DNA of 64,000 bases from Candidatus Omnitrophota bacterium (GCA_035402765.1 DAONDX010000004.1:43317-107316), one strand, 5' to 3'; counted from the first letter of the stretch, positions 1-12,425 are shown. The notes: generated from the sequence alone by a model not told the origin. Numbers and translations: made by a program.

Positions 1-1
1 T

Positions 2-643
2 AATATCAAGAAGTTTATTCATTATCTTTTATCCTGTAACGCCGGTGAGATACTGGTGATGTTTCTTTCTTCTTTAGTCGGCTTCCCGGCTCCGTTATTA
101 CCGATACATATTTTATGGGTTAATTTGGTAACCGATGGCCTGCCGGCATTGGCCTTGGGAGTTGATCCGGTAGACCCGCATATTATGCAGCGGCCTCCGC
201 GTAAATCTACGGAAGCGGTAGTGACCAAAGACCGGGCAGTTTTAATGTTCATGCAGGGTTCTTTTATTGCTTTCTGCAGTCTTTTGGCGTTTGTTTTGGT
301 GCTATTTATCGAAAAAGAAGGTATCGTCCGGGCAAGAACGGCGGCGTTTATTGTGCTGGCTTGTTCGCAGTTATTCCATTCTTTTAACTGCAGAAGCATG
401 TCGGTATCTTTGTTTAAATTAGGAGTGTTTTCGAATAAAAAATTGATTCTCGCTACGACCATCTCTTTTGCTTTATTAATGGCGGTGGTTTACTTGCCTT
501 TCTTGCAAAAGATATTTAAAACCGAAGCCTTAGGGTTATTTGACTGGTTTCTGGTATTAATTATTTCTTCGTTCCCCTTGTGGATGATGGAAGCCTGGAA
601 ACTGGTAAAAAACAGGATGCCGGCTTTAGCGGTTAATAGTTGA
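2..643 (+). CDS. P-type cation-transporting ATPase, C-terminal fragment (5' end lies outside the window)
   Basis: Frame 2 is open from position 2. The translation (...LLSCNAGEILVMFLSSLVGFPAPLLPIHILWVNLVTDGLPALALGVDPVDPHIMQRPPR...) matches the conserved TM6-TM10 region of SERCA/PMCA-type P-type ATPases. Confidence 0.8.
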   Translation, partial: NIKKFIHYLLSCNAGEILVMFLSSLVGFPAPLLPIHILWVNLVTDGLPALALGVDPVDPHIMQRPPRKSTEAVVTKDRAVLMFMQGSFIAFCSLLAFVLVLFIEKEGIVRARTAAFIVLACSQLFHSFNCRSMSVSLFKLGVFSNKKLILATTISFALLMAVVYLPFLQKIFKTEALGLFDWFLVLIISSFPLWMMEAWKLVKNRMPALAVNS

Positions 644-726
644 CAAGCTGGGAGTTTATGGTAAAATAAATTTGCTTACAGAGAGGTAGGGTAATAACAA
701 GACAAAAGACGTCCTAAGTCCATTAT

Positions 727-993
727 TTGGATATAAGACGTCAATTTTTTTTAAAGCCGGCTATGCAGAATAAGAATTTCTATAAAGGAGTAAAAACCGT
801 AGGTTTTGTCACTTTTATCCCGTTTATTCTGGCCGCCGGTCCGTTAACCGGTTATTTCACCGGGATTTTTTTAGAGAAGAAATTTAATCTATCTTCCCAT
901 ATTGTATTTATCGGCGTAGGAGTTGGTTTCTTAGTTGCCATTACCGAAGTAATTAAGATTTTAAGAGCGATCGACAGGGTGAATAAAACATGA
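727..993 (+). CDS. AtpZ/AtpI-like small membrane protein preceding the F0 genes
   Basis: 88 aa with two predicted TM helices. It sits directly upstream of atpB and overlaps its start by 4 nt, the typical position of AtpZ/AtpI. Confidence 0.45.
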   Translation: MDIRRQFFLKPAMQNKNFYKGVKTVGFVTFIPFILAAGPLTGYFTGIFLEKKFNLSSHIVFIGVGVGFLVAITEVIKILRAIDRVNKT

Positions 994-1742
994 GCCAAAA
1001 TACGGGCATTCCAGAGATGCCGAATATTTTTGCGATTCTGGCGGAGAAATTTCCGGAAAACCATTTTTTTAAATTTGTTCATCTTTGGGAAAATGTCAGT
1101 TTTTCTTTAACCATTGTTCTGGCTTTAGGGATCCTGGCTTTTTTTGCCTGCCGTAAAAAAAGTTTAATTCCCGGAAGGCTGCAGGCCGCCGCGGAATTGA
1201 TTGTCGGAGGTTTAGATGATTTTGTTTGCGGAATGATGGGGCCCCGGGGGCGGAAATATACTCCTTTTATCGGGTCTTTGTTTATTTATATCCTGTGTAT
1301 GAATCTTTCCGGGTTAGTTCCTTTTATGAAATCTTCTACCGCCAGTTGGTCTACAACCTTGGCTCTGGCTTTGTGCGTATTTTTTTATGTCCAATATACG
1401 GCAGTCAGAGAATTAGGTTTTTTAGGTTATTTGGATCATTTGGCAGGTAACCAGCGTGGAGTTTTAGCGGCTACGGTGATTTTGCCGTTATTTATGTTAA
1501 TCTTACATATTCTTACCGAATTGATCCGGCCGCTAAGCCTTTCTTTGCGTTTACGCGGAAATATCTGGGGAGATGAAGTTTTAATTGCCCTGCTTGCCGG
1601 ATTCGGGGTTAAAGGTTTACCGCTTTTGCTTTTTAATATGCTGATGGGAATGTTAGCTTCCATTGTCCAAGCGGCAGTCTTTTGTCTGTTAACTACGATT
1701 TATCTAGCGTTGGTTTTAGATCATGAAGAAGAAGCGGCCTAG
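990..1742 (+). CDS. atpB: F0F1 ATP synthase subunit a
   Basis: Multi-TM protein carrying the conserved LSLSLRLRGNIWGDE motif of subunit a. Confidence 0.9.
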   Translation: MSQNTGIPEMPNIFAILAEKFPENHFFKFVHLWENVSFSLTIVLALGILAFFACRKKSLIPGRLQAAAELIVGGLDDFVCGMMGPRGRKYTPFIGSLFIYILCMNLSGLVPFMKSSTASWSTTLALALCVFFYVQYTAVRELGFLGYLDHLAGNQRGVLAATVILPLFMLILHILTELIRPLSLSLRLRGNIWGDEVLIALLAGFGVKGLPLLLFNMLMGMLASIVQAAVFCLLTTIYLALVLDHEEEAA

Positions 1743-1818
1743 AGCTTTTAGTGAAGGTGTAGTAACTAGCATTTTAGGATAAGGCGATAATTAATAATCG
1801 GTAAAATGAGGAGGAGAT

Positions 1819-2043
1819 ATGGATGCGAAAGTAGCAATGGATTTAGGTGTAGCGATTGCTTTAGGTGTAGCGGCTTTTGCTTCGGCAATTAGTTTAGGTA
1901 TCGCCGTAGCTGCAGCGATGGGAGCCATCGGCAGGCAGCCGGAAGCAGCAAATAAAATAATGACCAGTATGATTATTGGCTGCGCTTTTATTGAAGCGAT
2001 TACCATTTATGTGCTGGTATTTGCTTTTATGTACGCCAAGTAA
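1819..2043 (+). CDS. atpE: F0F1 ATP synthase subunit c
   Basis: 74 aa hairpin proteolipid (GAIGRQPEA... with the IEAITIYVLV ion-binding helix). RBS GAGGAGGAG upstream. Confidence 0.9.
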   Translation: MDAKVAMDLGVAIALGVAAFASAISLGIAVAAAMGAIGRQPEAANKIMTSMIIGCAFIEAITIYVLVFAFMYAK

Positions 2044-2060
2044 AATAGAGGGTTAAAACT

Positions 2061-2555
2061 GTGGAACTTCTCAAAATGCTCAGTGCCAGCGAAATTCTGG
2101 CGCAGATTTTAAGTTTTTTCCTGCTTTTGTTCCTGTTAAGGATATTTGCCTGGAAAAAAATTCTGGGTTTGCTGGATCAGCGTAAGGAAAAAATAAGCTC
2201 TCAACTTAGTGAAATAGAAAACACTAAGCTGGAGGTGGCTAAGCTTAAAGCTGATTATGAATCCAAAATTTCTAATATTGCCGCTTCGGCCCAGGAAAAA
2301 ATTAATGCCGCGGTCGAACAGGCCAAGATTGTAAGCATGCAAATGCGTAAAAAAGCGCACGAAGAAGCGCAGGACATTATTATCGATGCCCGGCAGCAGG
2401 TAAAATATGAAGTTACTAAAGTTCAGGAGCAGCTTAAGGAAAGAATCGTGGATATTGCTCTGGATGCTGCCCGCTCGGTGATCCAGGAGAAGCTTACTGA
2501 GGACGGGGATCGTAAGATAGTCGAAGATTTTATACGCGAGGTTGAAAAAGCTTAA
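2061..2555 (+). CDS. atpF: F0F1 ATP synthase subunit b
   Basis: N-terminal TM segment followed by a long charged coiled-coil. Position is between atpE and atpH. Confidence 0.8.
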   Translation: MELLKMLSASEILAQILSFFLLLFLLRIFAWKKILGLLDQRKEKISSQLSEIENTKLEVAKLKADYESKISNIAASAQEKINAAVEQAKIVSMQMRKKAHEEAQDIIIDARQQVKYEVTKVQEQLKERIVDIALDAARSVIQEKLTEDGDRKIVEDFIREVEKA

Positions 2556-3104
2556 ATGATCAAAGATAAAGCGGTAGTCAGCCGGTATGGGGAAGCTTTT
2601 ATCAGTTTTGCCCGGGCCGGCTGCGGTGAAAACAAGGCTTTGGAAGATCTGGTGGTGGCCAAAAACATTATCCGCGATAATCCGGGTTTTAAGGAATTGA
2701 TGGATAATCCGGAGATCTCTTATGCTGAAAAGTGCCTGATTGTTGATGAGGTGGTTAAAGACGGCGTTTCCGATGAGCTGCGCAATTTTTTAAAACTTCT
2801 GCTGGAAAAGAGACGTTTTAATATTTTGCTGGAAGTCGCGGAGTATTTGCGCGCCAAATACAGCCATCATGGTCAAATCGATGTTTTGCTTAAGACGGCT
2901 TTTCCATTAGATCTGGATGCGATTAAAAGAATAGAGGAAGCCTTAAAAAATAAATATAAGCAGAATTTAAGATTTTATATTGATTTAGACGGTAGTTTAT
3001 TGGGCGGGGTGCAGGTAATTATCGGCAACACGATCATCGATGGTTCAGTAAAAAAACGCCTGGAAGAATTAAGAGATAAGTTGATTACAGTAAAAATGGA
3101 TTAA
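2556..3104 (+). CDS. atpH: F0F1 ATP synthase subunit delta (OSCP)
   Basis: 182 aa. Position between atpF and atpA, with a delta/OSCP-like C-terminal region (...IIGNTIIDGSVKKRLEEL). Confidence 0.75.
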   Translation: MIKDKAVVSRYGEAFISFARAGCGENKALEDLVVAKNIIRDNPGFKELMDNPEISYAEKCLIVDEVVKDGVSDELRNFLKLLLEKRRFNILLEVAEYLRAKYSHHGQIDVLLKTAFPLDLDAIKRIEEALKNKYKQNLRFYIDLDGSLLGGVQVIIGNTIIDGSVKKRLEELRDKLITVKMD

Positions 3105-3121
3105 TTTAGGGAAGGAATAAA

Positions 3122-4645
3122 ATGGTTTTAAAACCGGAAGAAGTTACCGCGATAATTAAGAAGGAACTGGAGAAATATAAGTCCCGCCTGCGTACCGAAT
3201 CTATCGGTACCGTCATTCAGGTGGGAGATACCATTGCCCGGGTTTATGGATTAGATGATGTAATGATGGGTGAATTGGTGGAGTTTTCGGATAATATCAT
3301 GGGTATGGTTCTGAATTTAGAGGAGGATAGCGCCGGAGTAGTAATCTTTGGTACGGATAATCCGGATAAAACTATCCGGGAAGGGGATTTGGTTAAGCGT
3401 ACCGGTAAAATTGTACAAGTTCCCGTAGGCGAAGCTTTAGTGGGCAGGGTGGTTAATGGTTTGGGCCGGCCGATTGACGGTAAGGGAAAAGTTAACACGC
3501 AAAAAACCCGGCCGATAGAATCCGGCGCTCCGAATGTCGTAGAAAGGCAGCCGGTCAACCAGCCTTTGCATACTGGAATTAAAGCGATTGACGCGATGAC
3601 TCCCATTGGTCGCGGCCAGCGCGAATTGATTATCGGCGACCGTCAAACCGGAAAAACCGCTATTGCCATCGATACGATTATCAACCAAAAAGGAAAAGAC
3701 GTTTACTGTATTTATTGCGCGATCGGACAGAAATTATCCAGTGTGGTGGCAGTAAATGAAGTGCTTAAGAAGTACGGGGCGATGGAGTATACTACGATTG
3801 TTAGCGCCTCTAGCCGGGCTTCGGCCAGCCTCCAGTATCTTGCCCCATATGCCGCTACCGCAATGGCCGAAGAGTTTATGTATTCCGGTAAACACGTTTT
3901 AGTAATTTATGATGACCTGTCTAAACATGCCCAGGCCTACCGGCAGTTATCTTTACTGCTTAGACGCCCTCCGGGCAGGGAGGCTTATCCCGGTGATATT
4001 TTTTATTTGCATTCCAGGCTTTTGGAGCGTTCCGCGAAATTAAATGATGCTTTAGGGGCCGGTTCAATCACCGCTATCCCGATTGTTGAAACTCAAGCCG
4101 GAGATATCTCCAGTTATATTCCGACCAATGTTATTTCAATTACTGACGGCCAGATTTATTTGGAAAGCGACCTGTTTTACGCAGGGATCCGGCCGGCGGT
4201 AAATGTGGGATTATCGGTTTCCCGCGTGGGAGGTAAAGCTCAAAGCAAGGCTATGCGCCAGGTAGCTTCGAAATTAAGGTTGGATTTGGCGCAATACCGT
4301 GAACTAGTAACTTTCACTCAATTTGGTACGGATTTAGATAAAACTACGCGCGCTCAACTGACTCGCGGTGAAAGAATGATGGAAGTTTTAAAACAAACGC
4401 AGTATGAGCCGCTTTCGGCAGTCAAGCAGATCATTATTATTTACGCCGGTACCAACGGTTATCTGGATGATTTTCCGGTAGGCATGATTAAAAAATTTCA
4501 ACAGCATCTCTATGAATTTATCCAAAAGCAATACCCGGAGCTTGAGGTTGAAATAGAGTCAAAGGATAACCTGGACTCAAATTTAAAAAACAAATTGGAT
4601 ATCTTGATTGTGGATTTTAAGAAAGAATTCTTAAGCAACTCCTGA
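3122..4645 (+). CDS. atpA: F0F1 ATP synthase subunit alpha
   Basis: Walker A GDRQTGKT and alpha-subunit signature regions. 507 aa. Confidence 0.95.
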   Translation: MVLKPEEVTAIIKKELEKYKSRLRTESIGTVIQVGDTIARVYGLDDVMMGELVEFSDNIMGMVLNLEEDSAGVVIFGTDNPDKTIREGDLVKRTGKIVQVPVGEALVGRVVNGLGRPIDGKGKVNTQKTRPIESGAPNVVERQPVNQPLHTGIKAIDAMTPIGRGQRELIIGDRQTGKTAIAIDTIINQKGKDVYCIYCAIGQKLSSVVAVNEVLKKYGAMEYTTIVSASSRASASLQYLAPYAATAMAEEFMYSGKHVLVIYDDLSKHAQAYRQLSLLLRRPPGREAYPGDIFYLHSRLLERSAKLNDALGAGSITAIPIVETQAGDISSYIPTNVISITDGQIYLESDLFYAGIRPAVNVGLSVSRVGGKAQSKAMRQVASKLRLDLAQYRELVTFTQFGTDLDKTTRAQLTRGERMMEVLKQTQYEPLSAVKQIIIIYAGTNGYLDDFPVGMIKKFQQHLYEFIQKQYPELEVEIESKDNLDSNLKNKLDILIVDFKKEFLSNS

Positions 4646-4650
4646 TTCTT

Positions 4651-6907
<2,257 letters not shown>

Positions 6908-7156
6908 ATGGCCAAGACTTTTAAAACCGGTATTTACTCAAGCGAAAAAACATTGTATGAGGGCGAAGTTATATCCCTGGTTGTGCCTTCGGTATTAGGT
7001 TCGATGGGTATTTTGGCAGATCATGCCCCTTTGGTGGCTAAACTGTCCGGCGGTAAAATTATTATCCGTACCGCGCAAGGCAATACCACAAGTATTGATT
7101 CATCGCCATCCGGTTTTCTGCAGGTTTTACAGAATCAGGTCATCTTGCTTTTGTAG
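6908..7156 (+). CDS. atpC: F0F1 ATP synthase subunit epsilon, short form (N-terminal beta-sandwich only)
   Basis: 82 aa aligning to the epsilon N-terminal domain (GSMGILADHAPLVAKL...GFLQV). The stop codon falls where the C-terminal two-helix domain would normally begin. Confidence 0.75.
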   Translation: MAKTFKTGIYSSEKTLYEGEVISLVVPSVLGSMGILADHAPLVAKLSGGKIIIRTAQGNTTSIDSSPSGFLQVLQNQVILLL

Positions 7157-7177
7157 AAATAACGCTTAAAAATATTC

Positions 7178-7205
7178 TTGACAAAACCATAGTTTTTGTT
7201 ATATT
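7178..7205 (+). promoter_or_regulatory. sigma70-like promoter upstream of rex (TTGACA-N16-TATATT)
   Basis: TTGACA at 7178-7183 and TATATT at 7200-7205, about 30 nt upstream of the rex start codon. Confidence 0.4.
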
Positions 7206-7234
7206 ACTCTTGTTATTGTGAAAATTGGAACAAT

Positions 7235-7861
7235 ATGATTACAAATAAGAACTGCATCATTCGGCTTTCCCGGTACAAAAACGCTCTTTATAGACTGCAA
7301 GCTTTAGGTTTTGTGAAAGTTTTCTCTGATAACCTAGCTGATTCTGTAGGCTGTACCGCTTCTCAGGTAAGAAAAGATTTCTCTATCTTTGGTATCTCCG
7401 GGAATAAAAAAGGGGGTTACCAGATTGATTCTTTATTAGAGAATCTCAATAGTATTTTGGGTAAAGACCAGCTGCATAAGGTTATTGTGGTAGGCGGCGG
7501 ACACCTTGGCAGCGCATTGATGCGTTACCGGGGGTTTGAAAAAGAAGGTATAAAAATCGTTGCCGGTTTTGATATTGATCCGTCAAAAATCAACCGCTCT
7601 AATCCTGTCCCGGTTTTACCGCTGGAGGAAGTCAAAGCTTTTATAAAAACTAATGGTATTCGCATCGCTATTTTAGCGGTTCCGGATATCACTGCTCAGC
7701 AGGCAGCGGATTTGATTTCTGCTGCGGGGATTAAAGGTATACTTAATTTTGCCCCCCTGCGGCTTAAGGCACCCGACGGAAGTATTATTAACAACGTAAA
7801 TTTAGAGATTGAGTTGGAAAATCTGATCTATTTTGTAAACGTAGCCGAAAAGACTAAATAA
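7235..7861 (+). CDS. rex: Redox-sensing transcriptional repressor Rex
   Basis: N-terminal winged helix (SRYKNALYRL...) and Rossmann GGGHLGSAL NADH-binding motif. Start moved to the internal ATG at 7235 (MITNKN...); the upstream part of the tool ORF is Cys/Tyr-rich and unlikely to be coding. Confidence 0.85.
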   Translation: MITNKNCIIRLSRYKNALYRLQALGFVKVFSDNLADSVGCTASQVRKDFSIFGISGNKKGGYQIDSLLENLNSILGKDQLHKVIVVGGGHLGSALMRYRGFEKEGIKIVAGFDIDPSKINRSNPVPVLPLEEVKAFIKTNGIRIAILAVPDITAQQAADLISAAGIKGILNFAPLRLKAPDGSIINNVNLEIELENLIYFVNVAEKTK

Positions 7862-7877
7862 AGCCAAGGAAAATAAG

Positions 7878-8366
7878 ATGATTGAAGAACAGAAGACGAT
7901 GCAGGAAGAAATTGCCAGTTTAGTAGAGAAATGGAAGGATAAAGAAGGTAATTTAATTATGATTCTGCACGAGCTGCAGAATTATTTCGGTTATGTCCCG
8001 CGTCCGGCTGCCCTGGAGCTTTCCCGGGTTTTGCATACGCCGCTGGCCAGGATCTATGAAGTAATTACTTTTTATAATTTTTTTAAACTGACTCCTCCCG
8101 GGAAACATACTATTTCATTATGTCTGGGAACTGCCTGCTATCTGAAAGGTTCAGCGATTCTCCTGAATGAGATTAAGGGGCTGTTAAATGTTGAAGAGGG
8201 CCAGACGACTAAAGACGGACTCTTTCAATTGGATGTGGTGCGTTGCTTAGGCTGTTGCGGCTTGGCTCCGGTGATCAAAATTGATGAAAAAGTCTATGGT
8301 AAAGTGCAGAAGAGCCAGGTAATGGGCATTCTTTCAGAATACAGCGAAAATAATCAAGAGGTATAA
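7878..8366 (+). CDS. hndA: NADH-dependent [FeFe]-hydrogenase subunit, NuoE-like 2Fe-2S thioredoxin-fold protein (HndA/HydC type)
   Basis: Cys motifs CLGTACYLKG...VVRCLGCCGLAPV typical of the NuoE/24-kDa family. Confidence 0.85.
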   Translation: MIEEQKTMQEEIASLVEKWKDKEGNLIMILHELQNYFGYVPRPAALELSRVLHTPLARIYEVITFYNFFKLTPPGKHTISLCLGTACYLKGSAILLNEIKGLLNVEEGQTTKDGLFQLDVVRCLGCCGLAPVIKIDEKVYGKVQKSQVMGILSEYSENNQEV

Positions 8367-8367
8367 G

Positions 8368-8721
8368 ATGGCAAAACTAACAAAGAATGATCTGGAGAAA
8401 ATCAAAGCCAAGCGTCAGGATGACGGCCGGGATTGGATTAAAGTCGGGATGAGTACTTGCGGGATTGCCGCCGGAGCGGATAAAGTTTATGAGACTTTTG
8501 TTGAAGAAGTCAAAAAAATGAAGTTGGATATTCTGGTTAAAAAATGCGGTTGCCAGGGGATGTGTTATTCGGAACCTCTGGTGGAGGTGCGCGTAAAAGG
8601 GATGCCGGAAGTAATTTACGGTAAAGTAGACAAAGAAGGGGTAATGAAGATTCTGGATAAGCATGTTTGCGCTAAAACACTGGTTAAAGACGCTATTTAC
8701 GAACTCAGGACAAAGAGGTAA
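8368..8721 (+). CDS. hndB: Small [2Fe-2S] ferredoxin-like subunit (HndB-like)
   Basis: 117 aa with motifs MSTCGIAAGADKV and KKCGCQGMCYSEPLV. It lies between the NuoE-like and NuoF-like genes, as in the Hnd operon. Confidence 0.7.
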   Translation: MAKLTKNDLEKIKAKRQDDGRDWIKVGMSTCGIAAGADKVYETFVEEVKKMKLDILVKKCGCQGMCYSEPLVEVRVKGMPEVIYGKVDKEGVMKILDKHVCAKTLVKDAIYELRTKR

Positions 8722-8727
8722 AGATAA

Positions 8728-10467
8728 ATGGATGCCCAAATCGTTTTTATTAAGGATACTAACGGAAAAATTGATCTAACTAAAGATTTTTGTGCCGCAT
8801 TCCTGAACTTGTTACGGGAAAACGCCCTTGAAGATAAGGTACAGGCGGTAAGGATTGCCGATATGGGGATCTATGATCAGGGATTAGTGATGAAATTCCC
8901 CAGAGAAAATATAATTTATGCTAATGTGCAGGAAAAAGATTTTAAGGAGATCATTGATAAAACGATAAAGTCAGGCCAGATCATTGAGGAATTATTGTTT
9001 AAGCCTGAACCCAAACAATTAAGAATAGTTTTACGTAATTGCGGAGAGATCGACCCGGAAAGCATTGATGAGTATATTGCTGTCGACGGCTATTTGGCCT
9101 TGGCCAAAGCAGTTAATGAATATAAACCGGAACAGGTTATTGAAGAATTGAAAAAAAGCGGTTTAAGGGGCAGAGGCGGGGCGGGATTTCCCACTTGGCT
9201 TAAATGGAAACTTACCCGGGAGACCCCGGAAGCGCAGAAATATGTGATTTGTAATGCTGATGAAGGCGACCCGGGTGCTTATATGGATAGGGGGGTGCTG
9301 GAGGGTGATCCGCATTCGGTTGTGGAAGGATTAATTCTTTCCGGATATACTATCGGAGCATCGAAAGGGTATTTTTATGTGCGTGCGGAATATCCGCTGG
9401 CTGTGGAAAGAGTCGAAAAAGCGCTGAAACAGGCTTATGATTACGGTTTTCTGGGTAAGAATATTTTTGGAAGCAGCTTTAATTTCGATATTGATATACG
9501 TTTAGGAGCAGGGGCTTTTGTTTGCGGCGAAGAAACGGCATTGATTGCTTCAATCGAAGGCCGACGGGGGACTCCGCGCCCGCGCCCGCCGTATCCTTCG
9601 GTAAAAGGACTTTGGAATAAACCTACGGCGATTAATAATGTGGAAACTTTAGCTAATATTCTCCCGATAATTTTAAAAGGCGGCGCCTGGTACGCTACTA
9701 TCGGCACTGAGAAATCCAAAGGCACAAAAGTCTTTGCCCTTACCGGTAAAGTTAAAAATTCCGGTTTGGTGGAAGTACCGATGGGAATTACTCTAAGAGA
9801 AATTGTTTTTGATATCGGCGGAGGAATGCTTTCGGAAAAGCCGATCAAAGCGATCCAAACCGGGGGTCCTTCCGGCGGGGTTATTCCTAAGGAGTATTTG
9901 GATACCCCGGTAGATTACGAGAATCTGCAGAAGTTGGGTTCAATTATGGGTTCTGGCGGGATGATCGTGATGGATGAAGATGACTGTATGGTGGATATCG
10001 CCAAATTCTATTTAGGATTTTGCGTGGATGAGTCTTGCGGTAAATGCGTGCCTTGCCGGCTCGGCGGTTATCAAATGCTTTCGATATTAAACAAGATTAC
10101 CGAAAGCCAGGGAAGAGTTGAGGATATTGATAAACTTAAAAGAATTGCTTTGGCGATGCAAAAGGCTTCTCTTTGCGCCTTGGGCCAAACCGCAGCAAAT
10201 CCGGTAGTTTCTACATTGAAATATTTTGAGGAGGAATACCGGGATCATATCATCAACAAAAAATGCCGTTCGCATAAATGTAAACATCTGCTTAATTACA
10301 ACGTGATTCAGGATAAGTGCAAGCGCTGCCGGGTTTGCGTGGTTCACTGTCCGGTTAACGCGATTAACGGGGATAAGGATAAAGGATATTTTGTGGACCC
10401 GAAAATATGCGTCCGCTGCGGTAAATGTTTTGAAGTCTGTAAATTTAATGCTATTGCTAAGGAGTAG
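8728..10467 (+). CDS. hndC: NuoF-like NAD(H)-binding FMN/[4Fe-4S] subunit of the hydrogenase (HndC/HydB)
   Basis: GRGGAGFPTWLKW FMN/NADH motif, a 4Fe-4S cluster region, and C-terminal 2x[4Fe-4S] ferredoxin motifs (CKRCRVCVVHCP, CVRCGKCFEVC). Confidence 0.9.
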   Translation: MDAQIVFIKDTNGKIDLTKDFCAAFLNLLRENALEDKVQAVRIADMGIYDQGLVMKFPRENIIYANVQEKDFKEIIDKTIKSGQIIEELLFKPEPKQLRIVLRNCGEIDPESIDEYIAVDGYLALAKAVNEYKPEQVIEELKKSGLRGRGGAGFPTWLKWKLTRETPEAQKYVICNADEGDPGAYMDRGVLEGDPHSVVEGLILSGYTIGASKGYFYVRAEYPLAVERVEKALKQAYDYGFLGKNIFGSSFNFDIDIRLGAGAFVCGEETALIASIEGRRGTPRPRPPYPSVKGLWNKPTAINNVETLANILPIILKGGAWYATIGTEKSKGTKVFALTGKVKNSGLVEVPMGITLREIVFDIGGGMLSEKPIKAIQTGGPSGGVIPKEYLDTPVDYENLQKLGSIMGSGGMIVMDEDDCMVDIAKFYLGFCVDESCGKCVPCRLGGYQMLSILNKITESQGRVEDIDKLKRIALAMQKASLCALGQTAANPVVSTLKYFEEEYRDHIINKKCRSHKCKHLLNYNVIQDKCKRCRVCVVHCPVNAINGDKDKGYFVDPKICVRCGKCFEVCKFNAIAKE

Positions 10468-10471
10468 TTAA

Positions 10472-12217
10472 ATGATCAAAGCTAAAATTAATAATATGCC
10501 GGTTGAAGTAAAAGAAGGCACGACTATTCTGGAAGCGGCAAAACAAGCCCAGATTAAGATACCCACGCTTTGTAAGCATCCGGATCTTCCCGCAGGCGCC
10601 GGATGCGGATTATGTATTGTTAGAATTAAGGGCACGCCTAAGATGCTGCGCGCTTGCTCTACGCCGCTGGAAGAAGGAATGGATATCTCGACACATGACC
10701 CGGAAATCGTCGCGGTGCGCCGTACGGTTTTAGAGCTGATCATTTCTAACCATCCTAGCGATTGCCTGCAGTGCGGCCGGAATAATAATTGTGAATTACA
10801 GACGCTGGTAGCGGATTTCGGCATCCGGGATGAATCTTTTCAGAAATTTCTTCCGGATTTGCCTAAAGATGATTCGACGCGTACTATCGTGCTGGATCCG
10901 CAAAAATGTATCCGTTGCGGCCGGTGCGTAGAAGTTTGTCAGAATATGCAAAATGTTTGGGCGCTTTCATTCTTGGAAAGAGGTTTTAATACCCGGATTT
11001 CACCGGCCGGAGATATTAAGCTGGCGGATTCGCCTTGCATCCGTTGCGGGCAATGTTCTAATCATTGTCCAACGGGGGCGATTGTTGAATATGATGAAAC
11101 AGGCAGGGTTTGGGATTTGTTGCGGGACCAGAATAAATATTGCGTAGTCCAGATCGCTCCGGCAGTGAGAGTAGCGATTGGCGAGGCGTTCGGTTATCCT
11201 ATCGGCACGAATTTAACTAAGAAGTTATACGCTTTATTAAGAAGACTGGGTTTTAAGGCAGTTTTTGATACAAATTTTGGCGCGGATGTTACGATTATGG
11301 AAGAAGGCAGCGAATTTATCCAGCGTTTTGTGCATGGCACAGGAACCTTGCCATTGATCACTTCTTGCTGCCCCGGTTGGGTAGATTTTATGGAGAAGTT
11401 CCATCCGGACATGATCGACCATTTCTCCAGCTGTAAATCTCCGCATGAAATTGTCGGGGTTTTATCTAAAACCTATTACGCGGAAAAGAAAAATATTGAC
11501 CCTAAGAATATTGTAGTGGTTTCGATTATGCCGTGTACGGCCAAGAAAAACGAAATTATCCGCTGCGAAGAAATGTATGCTTCCGGATGTCAGGATGTTG
11601 ATGTGGCTTTAACTACCCGGGAATTAGCCCGGATGATTAAGCAGGCCGGTATTGATTTTGCAAATTTACCCGATGAAAATCCGGATCATTTATTAGGTGA
11701 TTATACCGGGGCCGGAGTAATTTTTGGGGCAACCGGAGGAGTTATGGAAGCGGCTTTAAGGACTGCTTATTTTCTGCTTGAAGGAAAGAATATGCGTAAA
11801 GTTGAATTAAACCAGATCCGGGGTTTAGAGGGGGTAAAAGTCTCCGAAATCCTGATTAAAGGTAAAAAGATCCGGGTTGCGGTAGCCCATGGTTTAGATC
11901 ACGTAGAATATGTATTAGAAAAAGTCAGAGAAGCGGAGAAAAATAACACCGAAATGCCGTTTCACTTTATTGAAGTTATGGCTTGCCTGGGCGGATGCGT
12001 GGGCGGCGGCGGTCAGCCATACGGAGTAACGGATGAATTAAGAATTAAGCGGGCAGCCGGTATTTATCAGGATGATCAGAAATGCCAACTGCGTTGTTCC
12101 CATGAGAATCCGTTTGTTAAACAGCTTTATAAAGAATTTTTAGGTAAGCCGTTAGGTGAGAAGTCTGAACATTTGTTGCATACGCATTATCAGGGGCGTC
12201 CGGTTTACGCAAAATAA
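10472..12217 (+). CDS. hndD: [FeFe]-hydrogenase catalytic subunit (HydA/HndD)
   Basis: N-terminal 2Fe-2S region and two CxxCxxCxxxCP ferredoxin motifs. H-cluster signatures TSCCPGWV, MPCTAKK and VMACLGGCVGGGGQP. Confidence 0.9.
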   Translation: MIKAKINNMPVEVKEGTTILEAAKQAQIKIPTLCKHPDLPAGAGCGLCIVRIKGTPKMLRACSTPLEEGMDISTHDPEIVAVRRTVLELIISNHPSDCLQCGRNNNCELQTLVADFGIRDESFQKFLPDLPKDDSTRTIVLDPQKCIRCGRCVEVCQNMQNVWALSFLERGFNTRISPAGDIKLADSPCIRCGQCSNHCPTGAIVEYDETGRVWDLLRDQNKYCVVQIAPAVRVAIGEAFGYPIGTNLTKKLYALLRRLGFKAVFDTNFGADVTIMEEGSEFIQRFVHGTGTLPLITSCCPGWVDFMEKFHPDMIDHFSSCKSPHEIVGVLSKTYYAEKKNIDPKNIVVVSIMPCTAKKNEIIRCEEMYASGCQDVDVALTTRELARMIKQAGIDFANLPDENPDHLLGDYTGAGVIFGATGGVMEAALRTAYFLLEGKNMRKVELNQIRGLEGVKVSEILIKGKKIRVAVAHGLDHVEYVLEKVREAEKNNTEMPFHFIEVMACLGGCVGGGGQPYGVTDELRIKRAAGIYQDDQKCQLRCSHENPFVKQLYKEFLGKPLGEKSEHLLHTHYQGRPVYAK

Positions 12218-12309
12218 GCTGCTGTCGCTTGTATCTTGAGCGGTAGTTCATTTTAGAATCCTGCGGTAAGGAGTAATTTTACTCTGAATCCAAGGGGGAT
12301 AATTTATAT

Positions 12310-12359
12310 AATCCCAGCCTTTCTGCAGGAGTGTTGCCAGAAGGGTTGGGATTTTTTTG
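12310..12359 (+). terminator. Rho-independent terminator after hndD
   Basis: About 11-bp stem (aatcccagcct / gggttgggatt, with G-U pairs) followed by a TTTTTTT run, roughly 90 nt after the hndD stop. Confidence 0.55.
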
Positions 12360-12425
12360 TCTGCCTAGATAAACCTGCGCAATACCAATTAGGGCAAGGT
12401 GGCTCAATTAACCAAAGGAGGAAAA

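Noticed and set aside
3244-3688. Numerous short antisense or alternative-frame ORFs inside well-supported genes (e.g. 3244-3606, 3437-3688, 1791-2006, 9441-9848, 46363-46896, 51848-52276)
   Set aside because: They are fully nested in or overlap strongly conserved coding regions (atpA, atpE, hndC, ilvD, leuA) and show low-complexity translations. These are shadow ORFs.
7206-7234. Rex operator overlapping the rex promoter (TTGTGAAAATTGGAACAA)
   Set aside because: Only one half-site resembles the TTGTGAA consensus. The second half (GGAACAA) and the spacing do not form the expected palindrome, so I am not calling a site.
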